Origin: Candidatus Latescibacterota bacterium | Lineage (GTDB): Bacteria > Latescibacterota > UBA2968 > UBA8231 | NCBI GenBank assembly: GCA_965221775.1 | Contig: CBDCSU010000005.1 | Coordinates: 128,001-192,000, forward strand | Direction of reading: 5' to 3' | DNA length: 64,000 nt | In this document: one piece after another, positions 8,189 through 18,428 of the stretch | Position numbering within the stretch: position 1 is the stretch's first letter | Layout of the letters: every line of letters begins with the position of its first letter | Translations under genes and position numbers: made by a program | Notes under the pieces: generated by a model | Told to the model about the DNA's origin: nothing | The model's input: the letters and a program-made list of their open reading frames with translations, nothing else | Databases searched by the model: none

Positions 8189-9391
8189 TCACGTCAGCTT
8201 TGCCAGGGCCTCGCCGAGACGGTCCATGGCCCGGTGGAGGTTGTCCATCGAGGTGGCATAGGAGAGGCGGAAGTGCGCTTCCGTGCCGAATCCCGGGCCG
8301 GGCACGCAGGCGATGCGGGCCTCGTCGAGGAGGTAGTCGCATAAATCGGTGACGTCGGTGATCACCCGCTCCCCGGTCCCCAGCCCGAAGTAGGCGGAGA
8401 CGTCGGGGTAGACGTAGAAGGCGCCCAGGGGCAGGGCGCAGGTGACGCCCTCCAGCCCGTTCAGGCGATCGACGACGAAGCGGCGGCGGCGGTCGTACTC
8501 CAGGCGCATCTCCTCCACCACCTCCTGAGGTCCCTCGAGGGCCGCCACCGACGCCTTCTGCGAGATCGAGGAGGGATGGGAGACGGTCTGACTCTGGGCC
8601 TTGTCCATCAGGCCGATGACGTCGTCGGGCCCGGCGGCGTAGCCGATCCGCCAGCCGGTCATGGCGTAGGTCTTGGAGACACCGTTGACGACGATGGTGC
8701 GCGCCTTCAGCTCCGGGCTCAGCTGAGCCGTCGACACGTGCTCCGCCCCATCGTAGACCAGCTTCTCGTAGATCTCGTCGCTGAGGACGTAGAGCCCGTG
8801 CTCGAGGGCGACCTCGCCGAGGACGGCCAGTTCCTCCCGGGAGTAGACGGCGCCGCTCGGGTTGGACGGACTGTTGATCAGGACCATCCGGGTCCTCGGC
8901 GTCAGCGCGGCGCGCAGCTTCTCCGGGGTGAGCTTGAGGCCCTCCTCGTCCCGCGTCTCGACGATCACGGGATCGGCGCCGACGAGCTTGGGCTGCTCGG
9001 TGAAGGTCACCCAGTAGGGCGTGGGGATGACCATCTCGTCGCCCGGGTTCAGCACCGCCGCCACGGCCAGGGCCAGGGAGTGCTTGGCGCCGTTGTTGAC
9101 GACCACCTCCTCCGGGCCGTACTCCAGGCCGTTGTCCCTGCTGAACTTGCCGCAGACGGCGGCCTTCAGCTCGGGGATCCCGGAGGGCGGCGAGGTATAC
9201 TTGGTGAACCCCTCGTCGAGGGCCTGCCTGGCGGCCTCCTTGATGTGCTCCGGGGTGTCGAAGTCCGGCTCGCCGGCGGAGAGGGCGATCACGTCGACAC
9301 CCTCCCTCCGGAGGGCCGCCGCCTTGGCCGAGGTGGCCATCGTCGCCGACGGGGCGACGCGCTGGATGTAGAGGGACAAGGCTTCGTTCAT
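8189..9391 (-). CDS. PLP-dependent class I aminotransferase (aspartate aminotransferase-like)
   Basis: GEPDFDTP, NSPSNPSG, SDEIYE, NGVSKTYAMTGWRIGY (PLP lysine), RLSYA; start re-picked at ATG 9391, overlapping the argJ stop. Confidence 0.93.
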   Translation of the reverse strand: MNEALSLYIQRVAPSATMATSAKAAALRREGVDVIALSAGEPDFDTPEHIKEAARQALDEGFTKYTSPPSGIPELKAAVCGKFSRDNGLEYGPEEVVVNNGAKHSLALAVAAVLNPGDEMVIPTPYWVTFTEQPKLVGADPVIVETRDEEGLKLTPEKLRAALTPRTRMVLINSPSNPSGAVYSREELAVLGEVALEHGLYVLSDEIYEKLVYDGAEHVSTAQLSPELKARTIVVNGVSKTYAMTGWRIGYAAGPDDVIGLMDKAQSQTVSHPSSISQKASVAALEGPQEVVEEMRLEYDRRRRFVVDRLNGLEGVTCALPLGAFYVYPDVSAYFGLGTGERVITDVTDLCDYLLDEARIACVPGPGFGTEAHFRLSYATSMDNLHRAMDRLGEALAKLT

Positions 9392-10602
9392 GTGGTGTAC
9401 TCCGCGTTGAGTCGAACGTATTCGTAGGTCAGGTCGCTGGTGAAGATCTCCGCCCGGGCCGCCCCCGCCCGCAGATCGATCTCGATGTCGATCTCCTCCG
9501 ACTTCATGGCCGCACTCAGGGCCCCGGCGTCGAAGTCGATACCGGCGCCGGCGCCGTAGACCGGCCGGCCGCAGAGGGACACGGCCACCGCCTCGGGGTC
9601 GATCTCGACGCCGGCGTACCCCACGGCGCAGAGGATCCGGCCCCAGTTGGGATCGTTGCCGAAAGCGGCGGTCTTCACCAGGCTGGAGTTGGCCACGGCG
9701 AGACCGACCTGCCGCGCCTCGGACTCGCTGCGTCCGCGCAGAACGCGGACGGTGATGAGCTTGCTCGCCCCCTCTCCATCGGCGGCGATGGCCCGCGCCA
9801 TCCTGCGGCAGACGTGCTCCATGGCCTCGGCCAGCCGCTCGAGAGCCTCCTCGGAGAGGCCGGGCGAGGCGTCGGCCCCGCCCATGGCGGCGCCGTTGGC
9901 CAGGGCGATCACCGTGTCGCTGGTGCTCATGTCGCCGTCGACGGTGCAGCAGTTGAAGCTGCGCCCCACGGCGCCAACCAGGAGCTGCCGCAGCCGCGCC
10001 GCGGGAACGGCGGCGTCGGTGGTGATCAGGGCGAGCATGGTGGCCATCTTCGGGGAGATCATGGCCGCTCCCTTGGCGACGGCGCCCACCGTCGCCGGCA
10101 GGCCGTCGAGGTCGACGCGGACGGCGGCGTGCTTGGCCACGGTGTCGGTGGTCATCATCGCTTCCGCCGCCTCCACCCCGCCATCCCCGGAGAGCCTCTC
10201 CACGACCCGCGGGATTCCCGCCTCGATCCGCTCCATCGGCAGCGGCACGCCGATGAGGCCCGTGGAGCAGACGAGCACGTCCGTCGCGGGCAGGCCGAGC
10301 CGCTGCCCCGTGGCCTCGCACATGCGCACCGCGTCGGCGCGGCCCCGGTCGCCGTTGCAGACGTTGGCGATGCCGCTGTTGATGATCACCGCCCGGGCGC
10401 GGCCGTCGGCCAGGTGCTCGCGGCAGACCGGGATCGGCGCCCCCTGAACGCGGTTGGTCGTGTACACCGCGGCGCCCGTGGCGGGTCCGTCGGATACGGT
10501 CAGGGACAGGTCCCGGCTCCCCGAGGGCTTGATACCGCAGGTGACGCCGGCGGCGCGGAACCCCCTCGGGGAGGTGACGCTGCCGCCCTCGATCTCGATC
10601 AT
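9388..10602 (-). CDS. argJ: Bifunctional ornithine acetyltransferase / N-acetylglutamate synthase
   Basis: PRGFRAAG, NSGIAN, MTTDT, KGAAMISPKMATML, VDGDMSTSD, DGEGASK, DPNWGRI, DLTYEYVRLNAEYTT. Confidence 0.96.
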   Translation of the reverse strand: MIEIEGGSVTSPRGFRAAGVTCGIKPSGSRDLSLTVSDGPATGAAVYTTNRVQGAPIPVCREHLADGRARAVIINSGIANVCNGDRGRADAVRMCEATGQRLGLPATDVLVCSTGLIGVPLPMERIEAGIPRVVERLSGDGGVEAAEAMMTTDTVAKHAAVRVDLDGLPATVGAVAKGAAMISPKMATMLALITTDAAVPAARLRQLLVGAVGRSFNCCTVDGDMSTSDTVIALANGAAMGGADASPGLSEEALERLAEAMEHVCRRMARAIAADGEGASKLITVRVLRGRSESEARQVGLAVANSSLVKTAAFGNDPNWGRILCAVGYAGVEIDPEAVAVSLCGRPVYGAGAGIDFDAGALSAAMKSEEIDIEIDLRAGAARAEIFTSDLTYEYVRLNAEYTT

Positions 10603-12170
10603 CAGAGCCCCTCGCGCATGAGCTTGAAGTGCAGGCTGTCGGCCAGGGCGATCCAGCTGGCTTCGATGATGTTCTCCGAGACGCCCACGGTACCCCAGAC
10701 ATCGTGGCCGTCGGAGGACTCGATCAGCACGCGGACGCGGGCGGCCGTCCCGTCGCTGGAGGACATGACCCGGACCTTGTAGTCCTCCAGGTGGACGGTC
10801 TTCAGACCCGGGAACACGGCCTCCAGGGCCTTGCGCAGGGCCCGGTCGATGGCGTTCACGGGGCCGTCGCCCTCCCCCACGGTGTGGTGGACGCGCCCCT
10901 TCACCTCGACCTTGACCACCGCCTCGGCCACCTCGGGCTCCCCTTCGGCCTCCTTGCGGCTGGAGACGTGAAAGCTCAGGGGCCGGAAGCGGTCGCGGTA
11001 GAGGCCCATGCAGCGCCGCGCGAGCAGCTCGAAGGAGCCCTCGGCGGCTTCGAACTGGTAACCCTGGTGCTCCAGCCGCTTGACCTCGGTCAGCACTTCG
11101 TTGACGGCTGGATCCTTCTTGCTCAACTCGGGGAAGAAGCGCCCGAGCTTGGCCACCACGGTGCTGCCCCCCGACTGGTCCGAGACCAGGTAGCGGCGGC
11201 TGTTTCCGGTCGCCTCCGGATCCTCCTGCTCGTAACAACGGGGGTTCTTGTTCATGGCGTCGATGTGCACGCCGCCCTTGTGGGCATAGGCGCTCTCGCC
11301 GACGAAGGGCTGGCGGTGGTCGTGGGCGACGTTGGCCGTCTCGGAGAGGAAGCGCGAGAAGTCCATCAGCTGCGCCACCTTGTCGCGGCCGATGGTGGCC
11401 TGCCCCATCTTCAGCTCCAGGACGGGGATGACGGTGCACAGGTTGACGTTGCCGCAGCGCTCGCCGTAGCCGTTGAAGGTGCCCTGCACCTGCGCCGCCC
11501 CCAACTCGACGGCGGCGATGGTGTTGGCCACGGCCAGGCCGGCGTCGTTGTGGGTGTGGATTCCGAGAGGCAGGTCCACGGCGGCGGCGGCGGCCTGGTA
11601 GACGCGCGCCACATCCGCGGGCAGGGTGCCGCCGTTGGTGTCGCAGAGGACGAGGATCCGCGCCCCTCCACGCTCGGCGGCGCGCAGCGTCTCCAGGGCG
11701 TAGCCGGCGTCGGCGGCGCAGCCGTCGAAGAAGTGCTCGGCGTCGAAGGTCACCTCGCGGCCCCTGGCCACCAGGTAGGCCACCGAGTCCTCGATGAGCC
11801 TCAGGTTCTCCTCCCGCGTCGTCTTCAGCACCTCGGTGACGTGGAGGTCCCAGCTCTTGCCGAAGAGGGTGACGCTGTCGGTGCCGGCCTTGAGGAGGGT
11901 GTTGAGGGTGGCGTCTTCCGCGGCGGCGTTGGTCGGCCGCCGGGTGCTGCCGAAGGCGGTTACCCGGGCCCGCAGGTTCAGCGCCTTCACCTGCTCGAAG
12001 AAAGCGAGGTCCTTCGGGTTCGTCGGGTTCGGCCAGCCTCCCTCGATGTAGTGCACGCCGAGGTCGTCCAGCCGGTGGGCGATCTCCAGCTTGTCCTGCA
12101 GGGAATAGGTGATCCCCTCCGCCTGGGCCCCGTCCCGCAGCGTCGAGTCGTAGATCTCTACCGAGGACAT
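10602..12170 (-). CDS. cimA: Citramalate synthase (CimA, bacterial type)
   Basis: YDSTLRDGAQAEG, IEGGWP..NPKD, DAEHFFDG, LCDTNGG, HTHND, GYGERCGN, AHKGGVH, YQFEAAEGSFEL, DYKVR, WGTVGVSENII. Confidence 0.92.
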   Translation of the reverse strand: MSSVEIYDSTLRDGAQAEGITYSLQDKLEIAHRLDDLGVHYIEGGWPNPTNPKDLAFFEQVKALNLRARVTAFGSTRRPTNAAAEDATLNTLLKAGTDSVTLFGKSWDLHVTEVLKTTREENLRLIEDSVAYLVARGREVTFDAEHFFDGCAADAGYALETLRAAERGGARILVLCDTNGGTLPADVARVYQAAAAAVDLPLGIHTHNDAGLAVANTIAAVELGAAQVQGTFNGYGERCGNVNLCTVIPVLELKMGQATIGRDKVAQLMDFSRFLSETANVAHDHRQPFVGESAYAHKGGVHIDAMNKNPRCYEQEDPEATGNSRRYLVSDQSGGSTVVAKLGRFFPELSKKDPAVNEVLTEVKRLEHQGYQFEAAEGSFELLARRCMGLYRDRFRPLSFHVSSRKEAEGEPEVAEAVVKVEVKGRVHHTVGEGDGPVNAIDRALRKALEAVFPGLKTVHLEDYKVRVMSSSDGTAARVRVLIESSDGHDVWGTVGVSENIIEASWIALADSLHFKLMREGL

Positions 12171-12181
12171 GGACGGCCAGG

Positions 12182-13252
12182 TCAGGGAGACGCGGCGGCG
12201 ACGGCCCCGGCCACCATGTCTCCCACCTCGCTCGTGGAATAGCCCATCTCGCCGGCGCCCATGCCCTTCAGTTGCCGCAGGGTCGACACGATGGCGGCCT
12301 CGAGGATACCGGCCCCCTCGTGCTCGCCCAGGGTGTCGACCATGAGCTGGCAGGCGCCGATGGCGGCCATGGGGTTGATGACGTTCCGGCCCGTGTACTT
12401 CGGCGCCGATCCGCCGATGGGCTCGAACATCGACACCCCCTCGGGATTGATGTTGCCCCCCGCGGCGATGCCCATGCCTCCCTGGATCATTGCGCCCAGG
12501 TCGGTGATGATGTCGCCGAAGATGTTGTCGGTGACGATCACGTCGAACCACTCCGGGTTCTTCACCATCCACATGCAGATGGCGTCCACGTGGGCGTAGT
12601 CGCGCCGGATGTCGCCGTAGTCGGCCTCGCCCACTTCGTGAAAGGCCCGCTCCCAGAGGTCGAAGGCGTAGGTGAGGACGTTGGTCTTGCCGCACAAGGT
12701 GAGGGTCCTGTCCTTGTTGCGGCGGCGGGTGTAGTCGAAGGCGTAGCGCAGGCAGCGCTCGACCCCCTTGCGGGTGTTGATCGACTCCTGCACGGCGATC
12801 TCGTCGGGGGTGCCCTTCTTGAAGAACCCTCCCGCGCCGGTGTAGATCCCCTCCGTGTTCTCGCGCACCACCACGAAGTCGATCTCCTCCGGCCCCTTGT
12901 CCTTGATGGGGGTCGGCACATTGGGGTAGAGCTTCACCGGCCGCAGGTTGATGTACTGGTCCAGCTCGAAACGCAGCCTCAGGAGGATCCCCTTCTCGAG
13001 TATGCCCGGCTTCACGTCGGGGTGTCCGATGGCCCCCAGATAGATGGCGTCGAACTGCCGCAGCTCGTCGACGGCGGAGTCGGGCAGGGTCTCCCCGGTC
13101 CGGAGGTAACGGTCTCCGCCGAAGTCGAAGTCGGCGCTCTCGTATGAGAATCCCACCCTCTCGGCCAGGGCAGCCAGGGCCTTCATCCCCTCGGCGACCA
13201 CCTCGGGGCCGGTGCCGTCCCCTGGCAGGACGGCGATCTTGTACGATTTCAC
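12182..13252 (-). CDS. leuB: 3-isopropylmalate dehydrogenase
   Basis: IAVLPGDGTGPEV, LRFELDQYINLRP, RENTEG, NIFGDIITD, FEPIGGSAP; GTG start 13252; lies in the leu cluster. Confidence 0.9.
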   Translation of the reverse strand: MKSYKIAVLPGDGTGPEVVAEGMKALAALAERVGFSYESADFDFGGDRYLRTGETLPDSAVDELRQFDAIYLGAIGHPDVKPGILEKGILLRLRFELDQYINLRPVKLYPNVPTPIKDKGPEEIDFVVVRENTEGIYTGAGGFFKKGTPDEIAVQESINTRKGVERCLRYAFDYTRRRNKDRTLTLCGKTNVLTYAFDLWERAFHEVGEADYGDIRRDYAHVDAICMWMVKNPEWFDVIVTDNIFGDIITDLGAMIQGGMGIAAGGNINPEGVSMFEPIGGSAPKYTGRNVINPMAAIGACQLMVDTLGEHEGAGILEAAIVSTLRQLKGMGAGEMGYSTSEVGDMVAGAVAAASP

Positions 13253-13326
13253 TCTGCTCTCTTTCTGTTCCGGCGGCCCGGCCAGCGCGGTCCGACGACC
13301 GTCATGCCGACGAGGGCCCACACTCT

Positions 13327-13947
13327 TCAGGACTCCATAGCAAAGGAGGACAGGTACGGCAGCCTCCGCGCCGTCCGTCCAATCTCGTCTCCGGCCTGCA
13401 GCAACTCTCCAAGGGCGTCCCAGGTACCGGTGACCAGCTGCTCGCGCGGCCCCTCTGGCATGGCGGCCGCCATCGACTCGCCTCCGAAGCGCGCGGCCTG
13501 CGCCCCCACGTCGACCTCCACCACCAGGGCCGGATCGTCCTCCACGGCCCCCATGAGGCGCTCCACGTCCCCTTCCGAGGCCCTGAGGCACGGGAGGCCC
13601 AGGGCGGCGCAGTTGCCGAAGAAGATCTCGGCGAAGGAGACGGCGACGAAGGCCTCGATGCCCCAGCGCATCAGGGCCTGGGGGGCGTGCTCCCGCGACG
13701 AGCCGCAGCCGAAGTTGGCGTTGGCCACGAGGATGGAGGCGCCGGCGAAGCGCGGATCGTCGAAGGGGTGGCCGGCGGCGGCGCGGTCGTCCTCGAAGGC
13801 GTGCTCCCCGAGGCCGTCGAAGGTGACGGTTCGCAGATAGCGCGCCGGGATGATGCGGTCCGTGTCGATGTCGTTGCCGCGCACCGGTACGGCGCGGCCC
13901 CTGATCAGGCGGCGGATGCTGGAGGAGGTTTCGGCCCTCGGTGTCAT
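13327..13947 (-). CDS. leuD: 3-isopropylmalate dehydratase small subunit
   Basis: DIDTDRIIPARYL, NFGCGSSREHAPQAL, SFAEIFFGNC. Confidence 0.97.
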   Translation of the reverse strand: MTPRAETSSSIRRLIRGRAVPVRGNDIDTDRIIPARYLRTVTFDGLGEHAFEDDRAAAGHPFDDPRFAGASILVANANFGCGSSREHAPQALMRWGIEAFVAVSFAEIFFGNCAALGLPCLRASEGDVERLMGAVEDDPALVVEVDVGAQAARFGGESMAAAMPEGPREQLVTGTWDALGELLQAGDEIGRTARRLPYLSSFAMES

Positions 13948-13948
13948 C

Positions 13949-15355
13949 TCACCCTCCGTTCAGCATGGTGCGCACGTCGGTCACCCGTCCGCTCACCGCG
14001 GCGGCGGCGACCATGGCCGGGCTCATCAGCAAAGTCCGCCCCGTGGGACTCCCCTGGCGGCCCTTGAAGTTGCGGTTGCTCGACGAGGCGCAGAGTTGCC
14101 GCCCCTCCAGCTTGTCGGGATTCATGGCCAGGCACATGGAGCAGCCCGCCTCGCGCCACTCGAAACCGGCGGCCCGGAAGACCTCGTCCAAGCCTTCGCG
14201 GCGAGCCTGCTCCCCCACCTTCTGCGAGCCGGGTACGACGAGTGCCTTCACGTCGGCGGCGGCCTTTCTGCCCTTTGCCACCTTCGCAGCCTCGCGCAGA
14301 TCGGAGATGCGCGAGTTGGTGCACGAGCCGATGAAGGCCACGTCCACCGGGGTCCCGGCGATGGGCTGGCCCGCCTCGAACCCCATGTAGTCGAGAGCCT
14401 CGGCGACCGCCCCGGCGTCGGCTCCGGCATCCCCGGGGGAGGGCAGGCAGCCATCGACGCCGCAGGACTGACCCGGGTTGATGCCCCAGGTGACGGTGGG
14501 GGCGATCCCGGCGGCGTCGATCTCCACGACGTCGTCGTAACCGGCGCCGGGGCCGGAGGCGATGGAGCGCCACCAGTCGACGGCACGGTCGAAGTCGGCT
14601 CCCCGGGGCGCCTCCGGACGGCCCTGGAGATACTCGAAGGTGGTCTCGTCGGGATTGACGTAGCCGCAGCGGGCGCCGCCCTCGATGGACATGTTGCAGA
14701 CCGTCATGCGCTCCTCCATCGACATGCGGTCGAGAACCCCGCCGGCGTACTCGTAGGCGTACCCGACGCCCCCCTTCACGCCCAGTGACCCGATGACATG
14801 AAGGGTCAGGTCCTTGGCGTACACCCCGGGGCCGAGGGTTCCGTCCACCGAAACGCGGCGCACCTTGGGACGGGACATGGCCAGGCACTGGGAGGCGAGC
14901 ACGTCCCGCACCTGGCTGGTGCCGATGCCGAAGGCGACGGCCCCGAAGGCGCCGTGGGTGGAGGTGTGGCTGTCGCCGCAGGCGATCGTCATCCCCGGCT
15001 GGGTCAGCCCGAGCTCGGGCCCGATGACGTGGACGATGCCCCGGCGGGGATCGTCCATGCCGAAGAGGGGTATCTCGAACTCGGAGGCGTTCTCCTCCAT
15101 GGCCACCATCATCCGCTCGGCGAGATCGTCGAGGAAGGGGCGGTCGCTCATGTCGGTGGGGATGATGTGGTCCACCGTGGCCCAGGTGCGCTCGGGGTGC
15201 ATCACCCGCAGGCCGCGCTCACGCAGCATCTGAAAGGCCTGGGGGCTCGTGACCTCGTGGATCAGGTGCAGCCCGACGAAGAGCTGCGTCTGTCCCGATG
15301 GCAGCTCGCGGACCGTGTGGGCGTCCCAGACTTTCTCGAAGAGGTTCTTCCCCAT
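13949..15355 (-). CDS. leuC: 3-isopropylmalate dehydratase large subunit
   Basis: [51 protein letters not shown]. Confidence 0.97.
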   Translation of the reverse strand: MGKNLFEKVWDAHTVRELPSGQTQLFVGLHLIHEVTSPQAFQMLRERGLRVMHPERTWATVDHIIPTDMSDRPFLDDLAERMMVAMEENASEFEIPLFGMDDPRRGIVHVIGPELGLTQPGMTIACGDSHTSTHGAFGAVAFGIGTSQVRDVLASQCLAMSRPKVRRVSVDGTLGPGVYAKDLTLHVIGSLGVKGGVGYAYEYAGGVLDRMSMEERMTVCNMSIEGGARCGYVNPDETTFEYLQGRPEAPRGADFDRAVDWWRSIASGPGAGYDDVVEIDAAGIAPTVTWGINPGQSCGVDGCLPSPGDAGADAGAVAEALDYMGFEAGQPIAGTPVDVAFIGSCTNSRISDLREAAKVAKGRKAAADVKALVVPGSQKVGEQARREGLDEVFRAAGFEWREAGCSMCLAMNPDKLEGRQLCASSSNRNFKGRQGSPTGRTLLMSPAMVAAAAVSGRVTDVRTMLNGG

Positions 15356-15388
15356 CTCCCTCGGGTCTCCTTGCGGAAGGGCGGCGCC

Positions 15389-16963
15389 TCAGTGAGCGCG
15401 GTCGGGGGCCTTCTGGTCGAGCCGCACCTGCCGCCCCCGGCGCAGCTCCAGCCGGTTGATGGCGTCCACGTAGGCCCGGGCGCTGGCCTCGATGATGTCC
15501 GTCGAGGTGCCGCGTCCGGTGGTCTTCAGGTCGCCGTCGCTGACGCGCACCGTCACCTCTCCCATGGCCTGGCTGCCCCCCGTGATGGCCTGGATCGAGT
15601 ACTCCTCGACCTTGGCCCGGGTGTTGGTCACCTGGTTGATCGCCTCGTACGTGGCGTCCACCGGTCCGTCGCCCCAGGCCGACTGCTGCACCCGCTCCTC
15701 GCCGTCGACGCGGATGCGCACCGTCGCCGAGGGCACCGTGCCCGTGCCGCTCACCGTGTGCAGGTACTCCAGCGCAAAGCGGCCGCCCTCGCCCTCGCGG
15801 ATCTCGTCCTCGACGATGGCCATCAGATCCTCGTCGAAGACCTCCTTCTTCTTGTCCGCCAGTTCCAGGAAACGCTCGTAGATCTCGTCGAGCCGCTCGG
15901 CGTCCATCTCGTAGCCCAGCTCCTCCAGACGATGGCGCAGGGCGTGCCGGCCGGAGCGCGCCGTGAGGACGATGGAGGTCGCCTCCCAGCCCACCTCGGT
16001 GGGGTCCATGATCTCGAAGGTGTCGCGCGACTTGAGCACGCCGTCCTGGTGGATGCCGGAGCTGTGGGCGAAGGCGTTGGCCCCGACGATCGCCTTGTTG
16101 GGCGCCACCGCGATCCCCATGAGACGGCTCACCAGGCGGCTCGTGGAGAGGATCTCCCTGGCCACCACCTCCGTGCGCAGGCCGAAGTAATCCGCCCGCG
16201 TCTTCAGGGCCATCACCACCTCCTCCAGCGAGGCGTTGCCGGCGCGCTCCCCCAGGCCGTTGAGGGTGCATTCCACTTGGCGCGCCCCCGCCTGCAGGGA
16301 CGCCAGGCTGTTGGAGACGGCCATGCCGAGGTCGTCGTGGCAGTGCACGCTGATCACCGCCCGGTCGATGTTCGGCACCTCGTCGCGCAGCCGCCGGATG
16401 AGACCGGCAAACTGCTCGGGCACGGTGTAGCCCACCGTGTCGGGGATGTTGATCGTCGTCGCCCCCGCCTCGATGGCGGCCTGCACGATCTCGGCCAGGT
16501 AGGAGAACTCCGCCCGCGTCGCGTCCATGGGCGAGAACTCCACGTCCTCCGCGTACCCCCTGGCCCGGGTCACCGCCTTCACCGCCATGTCGAGGACCTC
16601 CGAGGCGCTCTTGTGCATCTGCCGCGCCAGGTGCGCCTCGGAGGTGCCCACGAAGGTGTGGATGCGCGGCCTGGGGGCATCCCTCAGGGCCTCGCCGGCG
16701 CGGTCGATGTCCTTGGGGATCACCCGCGCCAGGGCGCAGATCGCCGGCCCTTCCACCTCGAGCCCGACGCGCTGCACGGCCTCGAAGTCCTCGTTGGAGG
16801 AGATCGGAAAGCCCGCCTCGATGACGTCGACCCGGAGGCGGGCGAGCTGGTGTCCGATCTCGAGCTTGTCGCGCAGGGTCAGGGACGCCCCGGGCGACTG
16901 CTCGGCGTCGCGCAGGGTCGTGTCGAAGATGATTACGCGATCCTCGGACTTGGATGGTGCCAT
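15389..16963 (-). CDS. leuA: 2-isopropylmalate synthase
   Basis: IFDTTLRDAEQSPG, NIPDTVGY, HCHDDLG, GERAGNA, AHSSGIHQDG, C-terminal regulatory domain (GDGPVDA); start ATG 16963. Confidence 0.96.
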   Translation of the reverse strand: MAPSKSEDRVIIFDTTLRDAEQSPGASLTLRDKLEIGHQLARLRVDVIEAGFPISSNEDFEAVQRVGLEVEGPAICALARVIPKDIDRAGEALRDAPRPRIHTFVGTSEAHLARQMHKSASEVLDMAVKAVTRARGYAEDVEFSPMDATRAEFSYLAEIVQAAIEAGATTINIPDTVGYTVPEQFAGLIRRLRDEVPNIDRAVISVHCHDDLGMAVSNSLASLQAGARQVECTLNGLGERAGNASLEEVVMALKTRADYFGLRTEVVAREILSTSRLVSRLMGIAVAPNKAIVGANAFAHSSGIHQDGVLKSRDTFEIMDPTEVGWEATSIVLTARSGRHALRHRLEELGYEMDAERLDEIYERFLELADKKKEVFDEDLMAIVEDEIREGEGGRFALEYLHTVSGTGTVPSATVRIRVDGEERVQQSAWGDGPVDATYEAINQVTNTRAKVEEYSIQAITGGSQAMGEVTVRVSDGDLKTTGRGTSTDIIEASARAYVDAINRLELRRGRQVRLDQKAPDRAH

Positions 16964-16998
16964 GGCCAGTGCTCCGTCAGATGCCGGTGGGCGCGCCC

Positions 16999-18003
<1,005 letters not shown>

Positions 18004-18155
18004 CGCTATGCTCCTTGCCCCGGGAAGGGGCGGCGGCCGCGGCCGCCTTGTGGGGTCACCGGAGTGGGCACAACTCCGTCACCGCCCGTGAAATCGCTTC
18101 AGAGGCTCCGTCCGGCGTCTTCGATTGAGGTGCGTGAGAAGGGAAGCGGCGGAGC

Positions 18156-18290
18156 CTATTCGATCGGCCCGGCAAGGAGGAGGCCGGGAATCGGGCGATC
18201 GAGCGGAATGAGCGGCAGGGAACGCAGGGAGAGACGGGCCCGCGGTGTCGGGTCTCGATGTGGGCTCGGGGCGCTCGATGCGATGCTCAT
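18156..18290 (-). CDS. Putative ilv-leu attenuator leader peptide (44 aa)
   Basis: Hand translation MSIASSAPSPHRDPTPRARLSLRSLPLIPLDRPIPGLLLAGPIE*: 8 Leu and 3 Ile in the last 25 codons, including LLL; lies between the promoter and ilvC. Confidence 0.65.
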   Translation of the reverse strand: MSIASSAPSPHRDPTPRARLSLRSLPLIPLDRPIPGLLLAGPIE

Positions 18291-18326
18291 GGGAAGGCCG
18301 GAACCGGTATCTGGTGGAAAGCGCGC

Positions 18327-18355
18327 AATATAGAGGAGACCCGCAAGGATGTCAA
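18327..18355 (-). promoter_or_regulatory. Near-consensus sigma70 promoter of the ilvC-leu operon
   Basis: Minus strand TTGACA (18355-18350), 17 nt, TATATT (18332-18327). Confidence 0.8.
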
Positions 18356-18428
18356 GAATGGGCGGGTGACAGCCGCGTCCGCCCGGAGCCCGCCCCCGGG
18401 AGCGGGCCTGGCGATGCCGCGGGCAGGG

